Under the pieces are notes generated by a model, which saw nothing but the letters and a program-made list of their open reading frames with translations, ran no database searches and was not told where the DNA came from. 50,389 nucleotides of DNA. It comes from an uncultured bacterium (GTDB taxonomy: Bacteria > Hinthialibacterota > Hinthialibacteria > Hinthialibacterales > Hinthialibacteraceae). The DNA is taken from contig CAYVAZ010000002.1 of NCBI GenBank assembly GCA_964449065.1, positions 1 through 50,389 on the forward strand. Direction: 5' to 3'. A program made the translations under genes and the position numbers. Shown here one piece after another: positions 8,305 to 17,314 of the stretch. How positions within the stretch are numbered: the first letter of the stretch is position 1; each line of letters opens with the position of its first letter.

Positions 8305-9735
8305 ATGTCAGAAGAATTAAAAAAAACGTATGAAGAAAACCAAACAAAGCAAGTTGTACAAGCAAAAATGCCAAAAGGCCTCGTCGTAACCGGAATCGTA
8401 GCGGTGGTAGGTTCATGGTTTGGAATGGCTGTTTACATGAACCATCGTATTTCTGACTTAGAAAGCGGTTTGACAAACGGCAATTCCAAAGTGATCAGCA
8501 GCATTGATGACAAGTATAAAGGCTTGTCAAGCGAATTAAACGGCATAGAAGTCCGCATCAGCAACAATGTACAAGAAACATCATCGGTATTAGCCAAAGG
8601 ATTACTGGATTTAACCGAAAACGGCGAAAAGCGGCATGATGCATTGACTTCTGCAATTCAAACCAGCCAAAAACAACTGGAATCCGCTTTTACGCAAAGC
8701 CAAGAAAAGCAAATCGAAACTGTATCAAACATTCTGACCGCTATGGGAGAAGCACAATCCTCCAATAGCCAGCAAGTCATTCAATCCATTAAAGATACCA
8801 AACAATCCTTGCAAGGAATCGTGCAAAACGGATTGCAAAACCAAAATGACAAACTTAGTGCGTTGGCAAATTCCATCGAACAAATTCCGGCAAATGAAAA
8901 AGAAAAGTCCAAAATCATTCATGCCCAATTAACTGCCCTATCCAACCGTATTCAAGAGTTCCGAAATGAATTATCAGACTCACAAGAAAGCATCAACAAA
9001 CTCAACAATGCATTGCCGCAATGGAAAGACTCAACAAAAGAAAATTATACCGAGCTGAAAAAAACATTGGCTTCGTATGAAGACAAATTTGTTAATCAAA
9101 TGAAAACCGTTCAGGAAAAAATTGTTCATATCCAACACAATATGGAACAGTCAACTGAGAACTTGTTGAAAACACTATACTTAACTTCTGAAGGTTTAGA
9201 AGGCACCAAGTTTGAATTGAAGTCTGAAGTCGAAACCATGAAGCAATCCGCTAAACAAGATTTCGACCAGTTAAATAAATCGATTCATTCCATAACCAAT
9301 TCTCTAAAAGAAATTAAATCGGATTTGTCGGAAAAAGCGGTTGACACCACCAGCCTGCAATCCGGTGAGATCAATGATGTCATTGACTCCGTTCAAGCTT
9401 TCAGCGATCGGTCTTTAACAATCCACACAACCCTGCAAAGCCATATCGATGAAATCAAAGCGTGGCTGGATAAAGATAGCGGTACCCCGCTCGACCGGAC
9501 GTTTTTCAAGAAAATGGTAGAAGACTATCAGGGTTATTTGGATAATAACAATAAGCAAATTGCCAATTTAATGAATTCCATCCTTGAAATTCACAAAAGT
9601 ATTTTGGAAGAAGGAGAAACCGGGGAAACCGTAGAGCAATCCAAGACTACTCCCGAGCCGGTGGATGAAGAACAAAAAACGGCAATGCATCCGGAAGAAC
9701 GAACCGAATCGGAAGTGGGTGTATCCTTGTATTAA
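8305..9735 (+). CDS. Membrane-anchored long coiled-coil protein
   Basis: GAGGAG RBS; one N-terminal TM (LVVTGIVAVVGSWFGMAVY); Q/S/E/K-rich heptad-like body; acidic tail. Confidence 0.8.
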   Translation: MSEELKKTYEENQTKQVVQAKMPKGLVVTGIVAVVGSWFGMAVYMNHRISDLESGLTNGNSKVISSIDDKYKGLSSELNGIEVRISNNVQETSSVLAKGLLDLTENGEKRHDALTSAIQTSQKQLESAFTQSQEKQIETVSNILTAMGEAQSSNSQQVIQSIKDTKQSLQGIVQNGLQNQNDKLSALANSIEQIPANEKEKSKIIHAQLTALSNRIQEFRNELSDSQESINKLNNALPQWKDSTKENYTELKKTLASYEDKFVNQMKTVQEKIVHIQHNMEQSTENLLKTLYLTSEGLEGTKFELKSEVETMKQSAKQDFDQLNKSIHSITNSLKEIKSDLSEKAVDTTSLQSGEINDVIDSVQAFSDRSLTIHTTLQSHIDEIKAWLDKDSGTPLDRTFFKKMVEDYQGYLDNNNKQIANLMNSILEIHKSILEEGETGETVEQSKTTPEPVDEEQKTAMHPEERTESEVGVSLY

Positions 9736-9763
9736 GGTCAAACATAAAGATTAAAGAATATGG

Positions 9764-9796
9764 AAAAAGACCGGGGGACGCTCCGGTCTTTTTTTT
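9764..9796 (+). terminator. Intrinsic terminator
   Basis: aaaaagaccgg...ccggtc followed by an 8-T run just after the 9735 stop. Confidence 0.85.
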
Positions 9797-9909
9797 GATT
9801 AAATGGAGATGTTTCCTAAAAAAGGGGTTGATCGTATTACCTTAATTGAATTCCTGTCTAAAATAGACCGGAATTGCATGGAAAAGACGGATGAAAAAGG
9901 GGATCTATT

Positions 9910-10845
9910 TTGAACGTATTGATTACAGGCTCCAGCGGACAAATCGGCACCAACCTGGGCTTACGGCTTCTAAAAGAAGGCCATTTTGTTTTGGGTGTCG
10001 ATAAAAGAGACAATCAATGGACGCATGAAATCGAGACCAAAAATGTGGACCTAACCACGGAATGCGAAGGCCGGCTGATTGAATTAATCAAAGGATATCA
10101 AATTGATATCATTATTCATTTGGCGGCGCATGCCAAAGTGTTTGAGTTGGTGCGGGAGCCCAGCCGGGCGCTCGAAAATATCGATATGACCTTTCGAGCC
10201 GCTGAAAGCGCCCGTCTTTCCAATATCCCCATCATTTTCGGCAGTTCCCGGGAAGTATATGGTGATATCCACCAGCATCTCACCGATGAAAGCAGTGCGG
10301 ATTTTGTTGTGGCGGAAAGCCCCTACTCCGCAAGCAAAATCGCTGGAGAGGCGCTGATTTATTCGTATGCCCAGTGCTATCAAATGCCCTACATCGTCTT
10401 TCGCTTCAGCAACGTATACGGTAGATTTGACAACGATCTGGAGCGGATGGAACGGGTCACTCCTTTATTTATCCATCGTATTTCCAATAACTTGCCTATC
10501 GTCATTCACGGCAAAGAAAAAGTGTTGGATTTCACCTATGTAGACGATTGTGTCAATGGTATTTTTTTAGGAATCCAAAAACTGCTTTCGGGTGAGGTGA
10601 AAAATCAAACCATCAATTTGGCGTATGGAGAGGGAAACAGTTTGGTCACTTTAGCCGAATATATTGCAGAAGAAGTAGGGGTACAGCCGGATATCACATT
10701 CACACCTTCACAAGCCGGTGAAGTTACACACTATATTGCCGATATTAAAAAAGCGCGGGAACTTTTAGGTTACGGCCCACAGACTTCTTTACGTGAAGGT
10801 ATCCGAAAATCTGTAGCATGGGGCAAATCGTTTTCCTCTCATTAA
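9910..10845 (+). CDS. NAD-dependent epimerase/dehydratase (extended SDR)
   Basis: ITGSSGQIG, HLAA, SSREVYG, YSASK (YxxxK), RFSNVYG, DFTYVDD; TTG start. Confidence 0.92.
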   Translation: MNVLITGSSGQIGTNLGLRLLKEGHFVLGVDKRDNQWTHEIETKNVDLTTECEGRLIELIKGYQIDIIIHLAAHAKVFELVREPSRALENIDMTFRAAESARLSNIPIIFGSSREVYGDIHQHLTDESSADFVVAESPYSASKIAGEALIYSYAQCYQMPYIVFRFSNVYGRFDNDLERMERVTPLFIHRISNNLPIVIHGKEKVLDFTYVDDCVNGIFLGIQKLLSGEVKNQTINLAYGEGNSLVTLAEYIAEEVGVQPDITFTPSQAGEVTHYIADIKKARELLGYGPQTSLREGIRKSVAWGKSFSSH

Positions 10846-10938
10846 ACAGAATTGACAAAAGCACACGAACTATGACATGATTATGATTGCATTACAACTT
10901 TTAGTGGTATCTTTACGTGTTTTTTTTTGGAATAACGA

Positions 10939-11847
10939 ATGAACGAAGAAATTATTTTGATTGTTGATGATGAACCGGTTATCCGTAATATTTTTTCAAA
11001 AATCCTCTCTACCAATTCTCAATACAAAATTATTGAAGCAACCAATGGAAGAGAAGCGCTTGAAATATGCCGCGAAGAAAAACCCGATCTGATCTTTACG
11101 GATATCAAAATGCCGGTTATGGACGGTATGGAATTTTTATCCGAACTGCGTGGAATTGAACCGGATGTACCTGTCGTGATTGTTTCCGCGCATGGCAAAA
11201 TGGAAGATATAATCAAAGCGCTTCGGTTGGGTGCATCGAATTTTTTAATGAAACCCAACGATATTTCCATTCTCCATTCCATAGCGGAAAAATTGCTCCG
11301 TGTCCGCAAAAAAGAAAAACTGGAAAAGTTTGTTTATTCTTACTTTAAAAAAGTAAGCGAACACTATGCTATCCCAAGCCAAGTAGAAGTTGCTATCCCG
11401 TTAATTGATATTGTATCCGAGAAAATCGAAAAACTTCATTTACTGGATGATTCTACTCTAAAGAACATTCGAATCGCTTTGGATGAAGCCATTACGAACG
11501 CTATCGTTCACGGCAATTTGGAACTCTCTTCAGAAAGCAAAGGGAAATCTCTTGAGGAGTTAGTCAACTTCAACAAGTTGCTGAAGAAGCGGTCTCTAGA
11601 AGACCCGTATGACTTACGAAAGGTGAATTTTCATTATAAAATCAATTTAGAGCGGATTGAATTCAGCATTACGGATGAAGGCAAAGGTTTTGATTGGAAA
11701 CAAATTCCCATATCATTTGAAAATATTGATGTTTTCTCATCCCATGGCAGAGGTTTGATCCTAATCCATACGTTTATGGATAAAGTTGAGTTTAATGAAA
11801 CCGGAAATCAAATCACCCTAATCAAAAATCTCAAACCATCTTCCTAA
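10939..11847 (+). CDS. Response regulator fused to an RsbW-like (HATPase_c_2) kinase domain
   Basis: Receiver LIVDDE...TDIKMP...KP; C-terminal ALDEAITNAIVHGN, ITDEGKGFD, HGRGL. Confidence 0.9.
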   Translation: MNEEIILIVDDEPVIRNIFSKILSTNSQYKIIEATNGREALEICREEKPDLIFTDIKMPVMDGMEFLSELRGIEPDVPVVIVSAHGKMEDIIKALRLGASNFLMKPNDISILHSIAEKLLRVRKKEKLEKFVYSYFKKVSEHYAIPSQVEVAIPLIDIVSEKIEKLHLLDDSTLKNIRIALDEAITNAIVHGNLELSSESKGKSLEELVNFNKLLKKRSLEDPYDLRKVNFHYKINLERIEFSITDEGKGFDWKQIPISFENIDVFSSHGRGLILIHTFMDKVEFNETGNQITLIKNLKPSS

Positions 11848-12086
11848 CTTCTTTTTTTTTGCGTTACAAAGATAAAATCAGTACGTTCGCTACTTTAGTT
11901 TTCTGTATTTCGTATGCCTTTACATTCAGCATTCATTCAAATTCAGTTTTTTTTTCGCTTGACCTTGTAATACTAGGGGTTTAGTGAGTAGGATACCATC
12001 TTTGTGATGTACTGTTTTGGGCAATCCAAGATAATGTAAATGTCTTTTTAAGCAAATTACATTCTAAAATTCGAGGTAAGAACGAT

Positions 12087-13043
12087 ATGATTAAGGCTGA
12101 AAACCTCAAAAAACTTTATGGTAGAGTCACCGCTGTGGATGGTATCACGTTTGAGGTCTCGGAAGGGGAAATCTTAGGCTTTTTAGGTCCAAATGGGGCA
12201 GGAAAATCATCCACAATGAGAATGGTTACCGGATACTCACCCCCCACCAGTGGAACCGCTATTGTGGCCGGTTTTGATATCACAAAAGATTCCTTAAAAG
12301 CACGGCAGCACATCGGCTACCTTCCGGAAAACACACCGCTTTACCATGAAATGAATGTGTTGAGTTACTTAGGATTCACGGCTCAAGTGAAAGGAGTATC
12401 TCCGGGAGACCGTGCTTCTCACATTCGGCACGTGATGGAAGAAACCGGTATTGATCATGTGGCCAATCGAACCGTTGGCAAGCTATCCAAAGGCTACCGT
12501 CAACGTGTCGGTCTCGCGCAGGCGTTAATCGGTGATCCAAAAATACTGATTTTAGACGAGCCAACCGTCGGTTTGGACCCCAATCAAATCCGTGAAATCC
12601 GTGATTTGATAAAAAACATGGCCGGTAAGCGGACTGTCATTCTTTCCACACACATCCTGCCGGAAGTCAGCATGGTGTGTGAACGCGTGATGATCATTCA
12701 TGAAGGCAAACTGGTTGCTTCTGATGCCGTTGGTGCATTATCCAAACAAGTTGCCACCAAACGCAATATTCGTATCGAATTAAAAGCTCCATCAGCAGAA
12801 GTGAATGGCGTCTTGGAAGATTTAGATGGTATTCAATCCATCGAGTGTATAGAACTGGCCTCCGCTGAGGGGGTATGCCAAGTCAAACTGGCAATCGATG
12901 CCGAAAAAGAACTGCGTCCAGATATTGTAAACCGGGTCGTGGGCAAGGGTTGGAGTTTATACGAAATTCGTTCGGACGAACCTACATTAGAAGATATCTT
13001 CGTTGAAATTATTTCCGGAAAGAAGGAGAATCAGGATGCGTAA
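12087..13043 (+). CDS. ABC-2 transporter ATP-binding subunit (GldA-like)
   Basis: GPNGAGKS, LSKGYRQR, LILDEPTVGLDP, LSTH. Confidence 0.93.
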   Translation: MIKAENLKKLYGRVTAVDGITFEVSEGEILGFLGPNGAGKSSTMRMVTGYSPPTSGTAIVAGFDITKDSLKARQHIGYLPENTPLYHEMNVLSYLGFTAQVKGVSPGDRASHIRHVMEETGIDHVANRTVGKLSKGYRQRVGLAQALIGDPKILILDEPTVGLDPNQIREIRDLIKNMAGKRTVILSTHILPEVSMVCERVMIIHEGKLVASDAVGALSKQVATKRNIRIELKAPSAEVNGVLEDLDGIQSIECIELASAEGVCQVKLAIDAEKELRPDIVNRVVGKGWSLYEIRSDEPTLEDIFVEIISGKKENQDA

Positions 13044-13836
13044 TATTTGTGCGATCTACATGCGGGAACTGGGCGCGTATTTTGTCTCTCCCCTGGCGTA
13101 TGTGCTGTATGTTCTCTTTATCATAGTGACCGCTGTGTTCTTTAATATGTATTTTTCGTTCTATCAGCAAATGAGCCAGCAGTATATGGCCATGATGCAA
13201 ATGCGTCAGATGCAGATGGCCGGTATGCAGCAACTCCCTAATTACACTGAAGTTGTGCTTCTTGGATTAAGTAATGTTATGACATTTGTTCTTCTGTTTA
13301 TTATCCCGATGCTATCGATGCGGATATTTGCAGAAGAGCGAAAAATGGGCACCATCGAATTGCTTTTTACCTATCCTCTACGCGATATTGAAATCACGTT
13401 AGGAAAATATCTTGCTGCTTTAACTGTTTTTGTAGGGATGTTGGTCATCACACTGGTCTTTTCCCTGCTCTCATATAATGTTGTGCCGGAGCAAACCTAT
13501 TTTCCTGTTGTTCTTTCATCCTATCTAGGGGTATTTTTGGTTGGAGCAGCATTCTTGGCTTTTGGGTTGTTTGCTTCTTCCCTCACAGATAATCAAGTCG
13601 TAGCCGGACTGATATCGTTTTCTGTTCTTTTAATTCTGTGGATGATCGGCTTTGTCGATGAATTCCAGCCAGGAATCTTGGGGACGATTTGCAATGAAAT
13701 TTCCGTTTATTCACACTTTGAAGATTTTGGCAAAGGCGTGATTGATACCGGTCATATTGCCTACTATGTTTTGTTTACATTTTTCTTTCTTTTCCTCACA
13801 CTTCGGGTGTTAGAATCCTATAAATGGAGAGGTTAA
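13036..13836 (+). CDS. ABC-2 permease (GldF-like)
   Basis: ATG at 13036 after AAGGAG; RELGAYFVSPLAY, SMRIFAEERKMGTIELLFTYP; multiple TM segments. Confidence 0.9.
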   Translation: MRNICAIYMRELGAYFVSPLAYVLYVLFIIVTAVFFNMYFSFYQQMSQQYMAMMQMRQMQMAGMQQLPNYTEVVLLGLSNVMTFVLLFIIPMLSMRIFAEERKMGTIELLFTYPLRDIEITLGKYLAALTVFVGMLVITLVFSLLSYNVVPEQTYFPVVLSSYLGVFLVGAAFLAFGLFASSLTDNQVVAGLISFSVLLILWMIGFVDEFQPGILGTICNEISVYSHFEDFGKGVIDTGHIAYYVLFTFFFLFLTLRVLESYKWRG

Positions 13837-15461
13837 TGATGCAAGTTAAGTACAGTATTTTAGGATATTTAGGTTTATTATTTCTCATCATTGGTTTGCT
13901 GGCTTGGGCTATTGTTACCGAGTTGACAACATTAGCGGTTGTTTTCATGTCGCTTGGTGGAGTTGTATTGCTTGCCTATATCAGCATAAACATCTCATAT
14001 CTGGTTCAAAAGATTACCGGTAAAACAGCCGTTGCCGGCGCCAATATGTTTATATCCATCGTTATTTTTGGCGCGATAGTCGTATTTCTTGAAATGATCT
14101 TAACCCGTCATAGCCAAAAAATAGATATGACAGAAGCCAAAAAGTTTAGTTTGGCCTCTCAAACCATCCAATTATTAGAAGGGTTAGAAGAGCCCATCAA
14201 TATGCTTTATTTGGAGAATCCTTCCGATCCAGGCGCAACGCAAAATGTTAAAGATATGATGGAGTTGTATCAACATCATAGTTCGGAAGTGACTTATGAA
14301 ATCATTGATCCGGAACGGCAGCCGGAAAAGGTGGAAGAACTTGCCCCGGTAACCCTCGGCGCGATCTATCTGCAAAAAGGTGATGTTCATGAAAAAGTTT
14401 CTCCCGTTGATGAAAACAACCTTACGAACGCATTTTTGAAAATTGCAAAGGGTGGAAACCGGGTCGTCTATTTCACTACCGGTCACGATGAGAGCGGCTT
14501 AGAAAGCCAGGAAAATAACGGCTTATTCGCTATGAATCAAGTTTTAAGTGAAGAAGGGTATGAGCCGAAAGATCTGCAACTGTACACCGAAGGTTCTGTG
14601 CCGGATGATGCCGTTGCTGTTGTTATTGCCGGACCGCAAAAGCCTTTCTTCGAACCGGAATTGGATGCCTTAAAAACCTATCTTGATGCAGGCGGGAAAC
14701 TGTTCGTCATGATCGATCCGGAAAAAAATACCGGTGTCGAAAAATTGCTGGAAGAACACTACGGTATCGTTTTTGGCAATAACTGGGTCGTTGAAAACAA
14801 CCCATTCATGAGAATGTTCGGCGGCAGCCCAAATGCCCCCGTTATTTCAGAAGTTGAAGAGCACCCAATTACGTCTGCATTTTCGAATGGGGTTCCAGCG
14901 ATTATGTTCCCCATCGTACAAAGTGTCCGTTTAAAGGAAGAATTGCCAGAAGGTGTGGAAGGTACGGAAATCCTCAAAACCAGTTCTGAAAGTTGGATTG
15001 AAACCGATTTGGAAGAAATCCGCCGTACATCCTCTGTGGAATTGAATACCGGAATCGATGAAAGAGGCCCTGTACCCATCGCGGTAACGGTTTCTAAACC
15101 AATCGAAGATGGCGGGGCAGTAGAAGAAACGGACGACTCTCTCGAGGAAGAAGATTCTACTGAGGATAATGTAGAAGAACTGGATGTTACGAACGAAATG
15201 CGGATTGTCGCGTTTGGAGACTCTAACTTCGCGCAAAACGCCAACTACCGCAACAGCATGGATTTATTTTCCAATTGTGTGAACTGGCTGGCCCGGCAAG
15301 AAGATATGATTTCAATCCGGCCTAAAGATGATAGCGGTCAGCCAATTATGGTTAGCCAATTTGATGCGAATAAATTGTTTTACACATCCATGATTATCAC
15401 GCCGGGAGCGGTAGCCATTTTTGGCGCGTTTGTTTGCATCCGCCGCCGTTACCGCGGTTAA
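13836..15461 (+). CDS. GldG-family ABC auxiliary component
   Basis: TAATG overlap; three N-terminal TMs, DMTEAKKFSLASQT, VYFTTGHDE, IVAFGDSNF, VNWL, C-terminal TM plus RRRYRG. Confidence 0.88.
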   Translation: MMQVKYSILGYLGLLFLIIGLLAWAIVTELTTLAVVFMSLGGVVLLAYISINISYLVQKITGKTAVAGANMFISIVIFGAIVVFLEMILTRHSQKIDMTEAKKFSLASQTIQLLEGLEEPINMLYLENPSDPGATQNVKDMMELYQHHSSEVTYEIIDPERQPEKVEELAPVTLGAIYLQKGDVHEKVSPVDENNLTNAFLKIAKGGNRVVYFTTGHDESGLESQENNGLFAMNQVLSEEGYEPKDLQLYTEGSVPDDAVAVVIAGPQKPFFEPELDALKTYLDAGGKLFVMIDPEKNTGVEKLLEEHYGIVFGNNWVVENNPFMRMFGGSPNAPVISEVEEHPITSAFSNGVPAIMFPIVQSVRLKEELPEGVEGTEILKTSSESWIETDLEEIRRTSSVELNTGIDERGPVPIAVTVSKPIEDGGAVEETDDSLEEEDSTEDNVEELDVTNEMRIVAFGDSNFAQNANYRNSMDLFSNCVNWLARQEDMISIRPKDDSGQPIMVSQFDANKLFYTSMIITPGAVAIFGAFVCIRRRYRG

Positions 15462-15505
15462 TAATAACTCAAATAAGAACCATGGCCGTTTAAGAGGTAC
15501 GAATC

Positions 15506-16903
15506 ATGAAACGGAATCTCATATTATTGGTAATTTGCCTGCTGGTGGGCGCCTACTACTTTTTGGATGTCCGCTATGAAGAACAGCAGACGGAAAAAGA
15601 AGAAAAAGAGAAGCAACTGGTTACGCTTGAAAAAGATGACATTGCTGAAGTCACCATCGAAAAGCCGGAGGAAACCATAAAAGCGGTCAAACAAGATGAG
15701 CGCTGGCAATTGGTGGAGCCGGTCAATGCCTCAGCAGACAAAAACAATTGGGATAATGTGGTCACTCAATACACCACGGGTGAACGTCAGCGTGTTATCC
15801 AAGAAAACACAACAGAGATAGAGCCTTATGGATTGGATGCACCCGGCTTTAAAGTCACCCTGGCCAAAGAAGGCGGCGAAGAAGCCACGACCATCATGCT
15901 GGGAAATGAAACCCCTACCGCAGGTAAATACTACGCTATGGTGGAAGGTACCAGCGAAGTGTTAACCGTTTTATCCAGCATGCATACCGCTGTAGACAAA
16001 GAACTATTTGATTTTCGAGATAAAACCATACTAACCTTCGCCAATGAAGATGTTCAAAAAATTGAATTGCAGCATGAAGGAATGGATGCCACCTTTGAAC
16101 GCAATGGTGAGCAATGGCTTTTATCTGAACCGGTAAACGTTCGCGCGGAAGAGCAAAAAGTCAACGATTTGATGAACGCCGTCAAAAACAGCCGCATCAA
16201 AATGTTTGTGGAAGAAGAGCCTGCATCCTACGAACCGTTCGGTTTGGTTGATCCTGCCACCAAGATCGTTTTTTGGACCAGTGAAGAAGGCAGCGAAGCC
16301 GGATTGTCTTCCCGTGCTCTTTTGATAGGGGCAACCAGTGCCACGGAAGACCTCTATGCCAAACGCGAAGGGCAAAAAAATGTCTTCACCGTCAATCCGC
16401 AAGACTTTAATAACGTACCTACATCAATTGAAGAACTTCGTCTGACTAAAATTACCCCGTTCCGGTCATGGGAGGTACAGCGTTTCACGATAGAAGAGCC
16501 TAGTGGCATCGTACTTTCCGCCAGCAAAGATTCCGGCAGTTGGATAATGTTGGAACCACAAGAAGGCAAAGCAAACTTTTCCGAAACATCAACCGTGGTG
16601 CGAGAACTGACGGGATTAGAGCCGGAGAAATTTATCGATGGAAGTAAGGATGAGTATATTTCGGATTATTCCATTACAGCCATAATAGAAACATCCGATG
16701 CGTCTGGCACGATTCAACTCTCCGGCCCCAAAGAAATCGATGGAGAAACCTTCTACATTGGTGCATTGGAAGATCCGTTAGAGATTTTTGCGGTGACAGA
16801 ATCTTCTGTCTCGGACCTACTTACAAAGGCGAAAACGGTAAAGCTCGATGAACCGGAAGTAGAGGATGAGACTGAAACGGAAACCACAGAAACCGGGGAG
16901 TAA
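15506..16903 (+). CDS. DUF4340-type repeat protein of the Gld-like ABC cluster
   Basis: N-terminal anchor; about three repeats (W-x-L-x-E-P, YGLDAP/FGLVDP, FRDK); typical position after gldG-like genes. Confidence 0.82.
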   Translation: MKRNLILLVICLLVGAYYFLDVRYEEQQTEKEEKEKQLVTLEKDDIAEVTIEKPEETIKAVKQDERWQLVEPVNASADKNNWDNVVTQYTTGERQRVIQENTTEIEPYGLDAPGFKVTLAKEGGEEATTIMLGNETPTAGKYYAMVEGTSEVLTVLSSMHTAVDKELFDFRDKTILTFANEDVQKIELQHEGMDATFERNGEQWLLSEPVNVRAEEQKVNDLMNAVKNSRIKMFVEEEPASYEPFGLVDPATKIVFWTSEEGSEAGLSSRALLIGATSATEDLYAKREGQKNVFTVNPQDFNNVPTSIEELRLTKITPFRSWEVQRFTIEEPSGIVLSASKDSGSWIMLEPQEGKANFSETSTVVRELTGLEPEKFIDGSKDEYISDYSITAIIETSDASGTIQLSGPKEIDGETFYIGALEDPLEIFAVTESSVSDLLTKAKTVKLDEPEVEDETETETTETGE

Positions 16904-16904
16904 C

Positions 16905-17006
16905 CTAGTAGTCTGTCAATCAAAAAATGACGGTTCGTTATACGTTGTTGCCCCCCTTGATAAGGGGGGATCGACACCCGTCATTTAATCGTTGACACTG
17001 TACTAG
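16905..17006. mobile_element. MITE-like element, copy 2 (102 bp, CTAG-bounded)
   Basis: Imperfect 29-bp terminal inverted repeats ctagtagtctgtcaatcaaaaaatgacgg / ccgtcatttaatcgttgacactgtactag around the hairpin cccccctt-gat-aagggggg. Confidence 0.75.
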
Positions 17007-17054
17007 TCTGTCACTGAAATACCATTTTAAATGTCTCAAGACTAGTGAGCGCGG

Positions 17055-17085
17055 CGCTAAGCCTTAGCGAAAGAACGGCTTAGCG
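17055..17085. repeat. Inverted repeat with alternative pairing
   Basis: cgctaagcc / ggcttagcg is a perfect 9-bp inverted repeat; cgctaa can also pair with ttagcg at 17064-17069. Confidence 0.5.
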
Positions 17086-17314
17086 GTTTCCTTTCTGAGC
17101 AATCCTGAATAAAATTGAAATAAAACAGAGTAAATAAGAAGGGTTAGGGTTTGAAGATCGAAGGAGGATATGATAATTTTAACAGATTGAATTTTGAATC
17201 GTTTTTTTGAGAATGAAAAGAGAAAACATTTCTATGAAAGTCGTTTTCATTTAGCCTGATTTTGTGATACCTTATAGTGTAAATCGTTTATTGCTCATTG
17301 ATTGAGGGAAAGAA

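Noticed and set aside
11848..11862. Intrinsic terminator after the REC-kinase gene
   Set aside because: The T-run has no convincing preceding stem.
12087..16903. Gliding motility function
   Set aside because: GldA/F/G-like clusters are widespread in non-gliding bacteria, and no motor or T9SS genes are present in the window.
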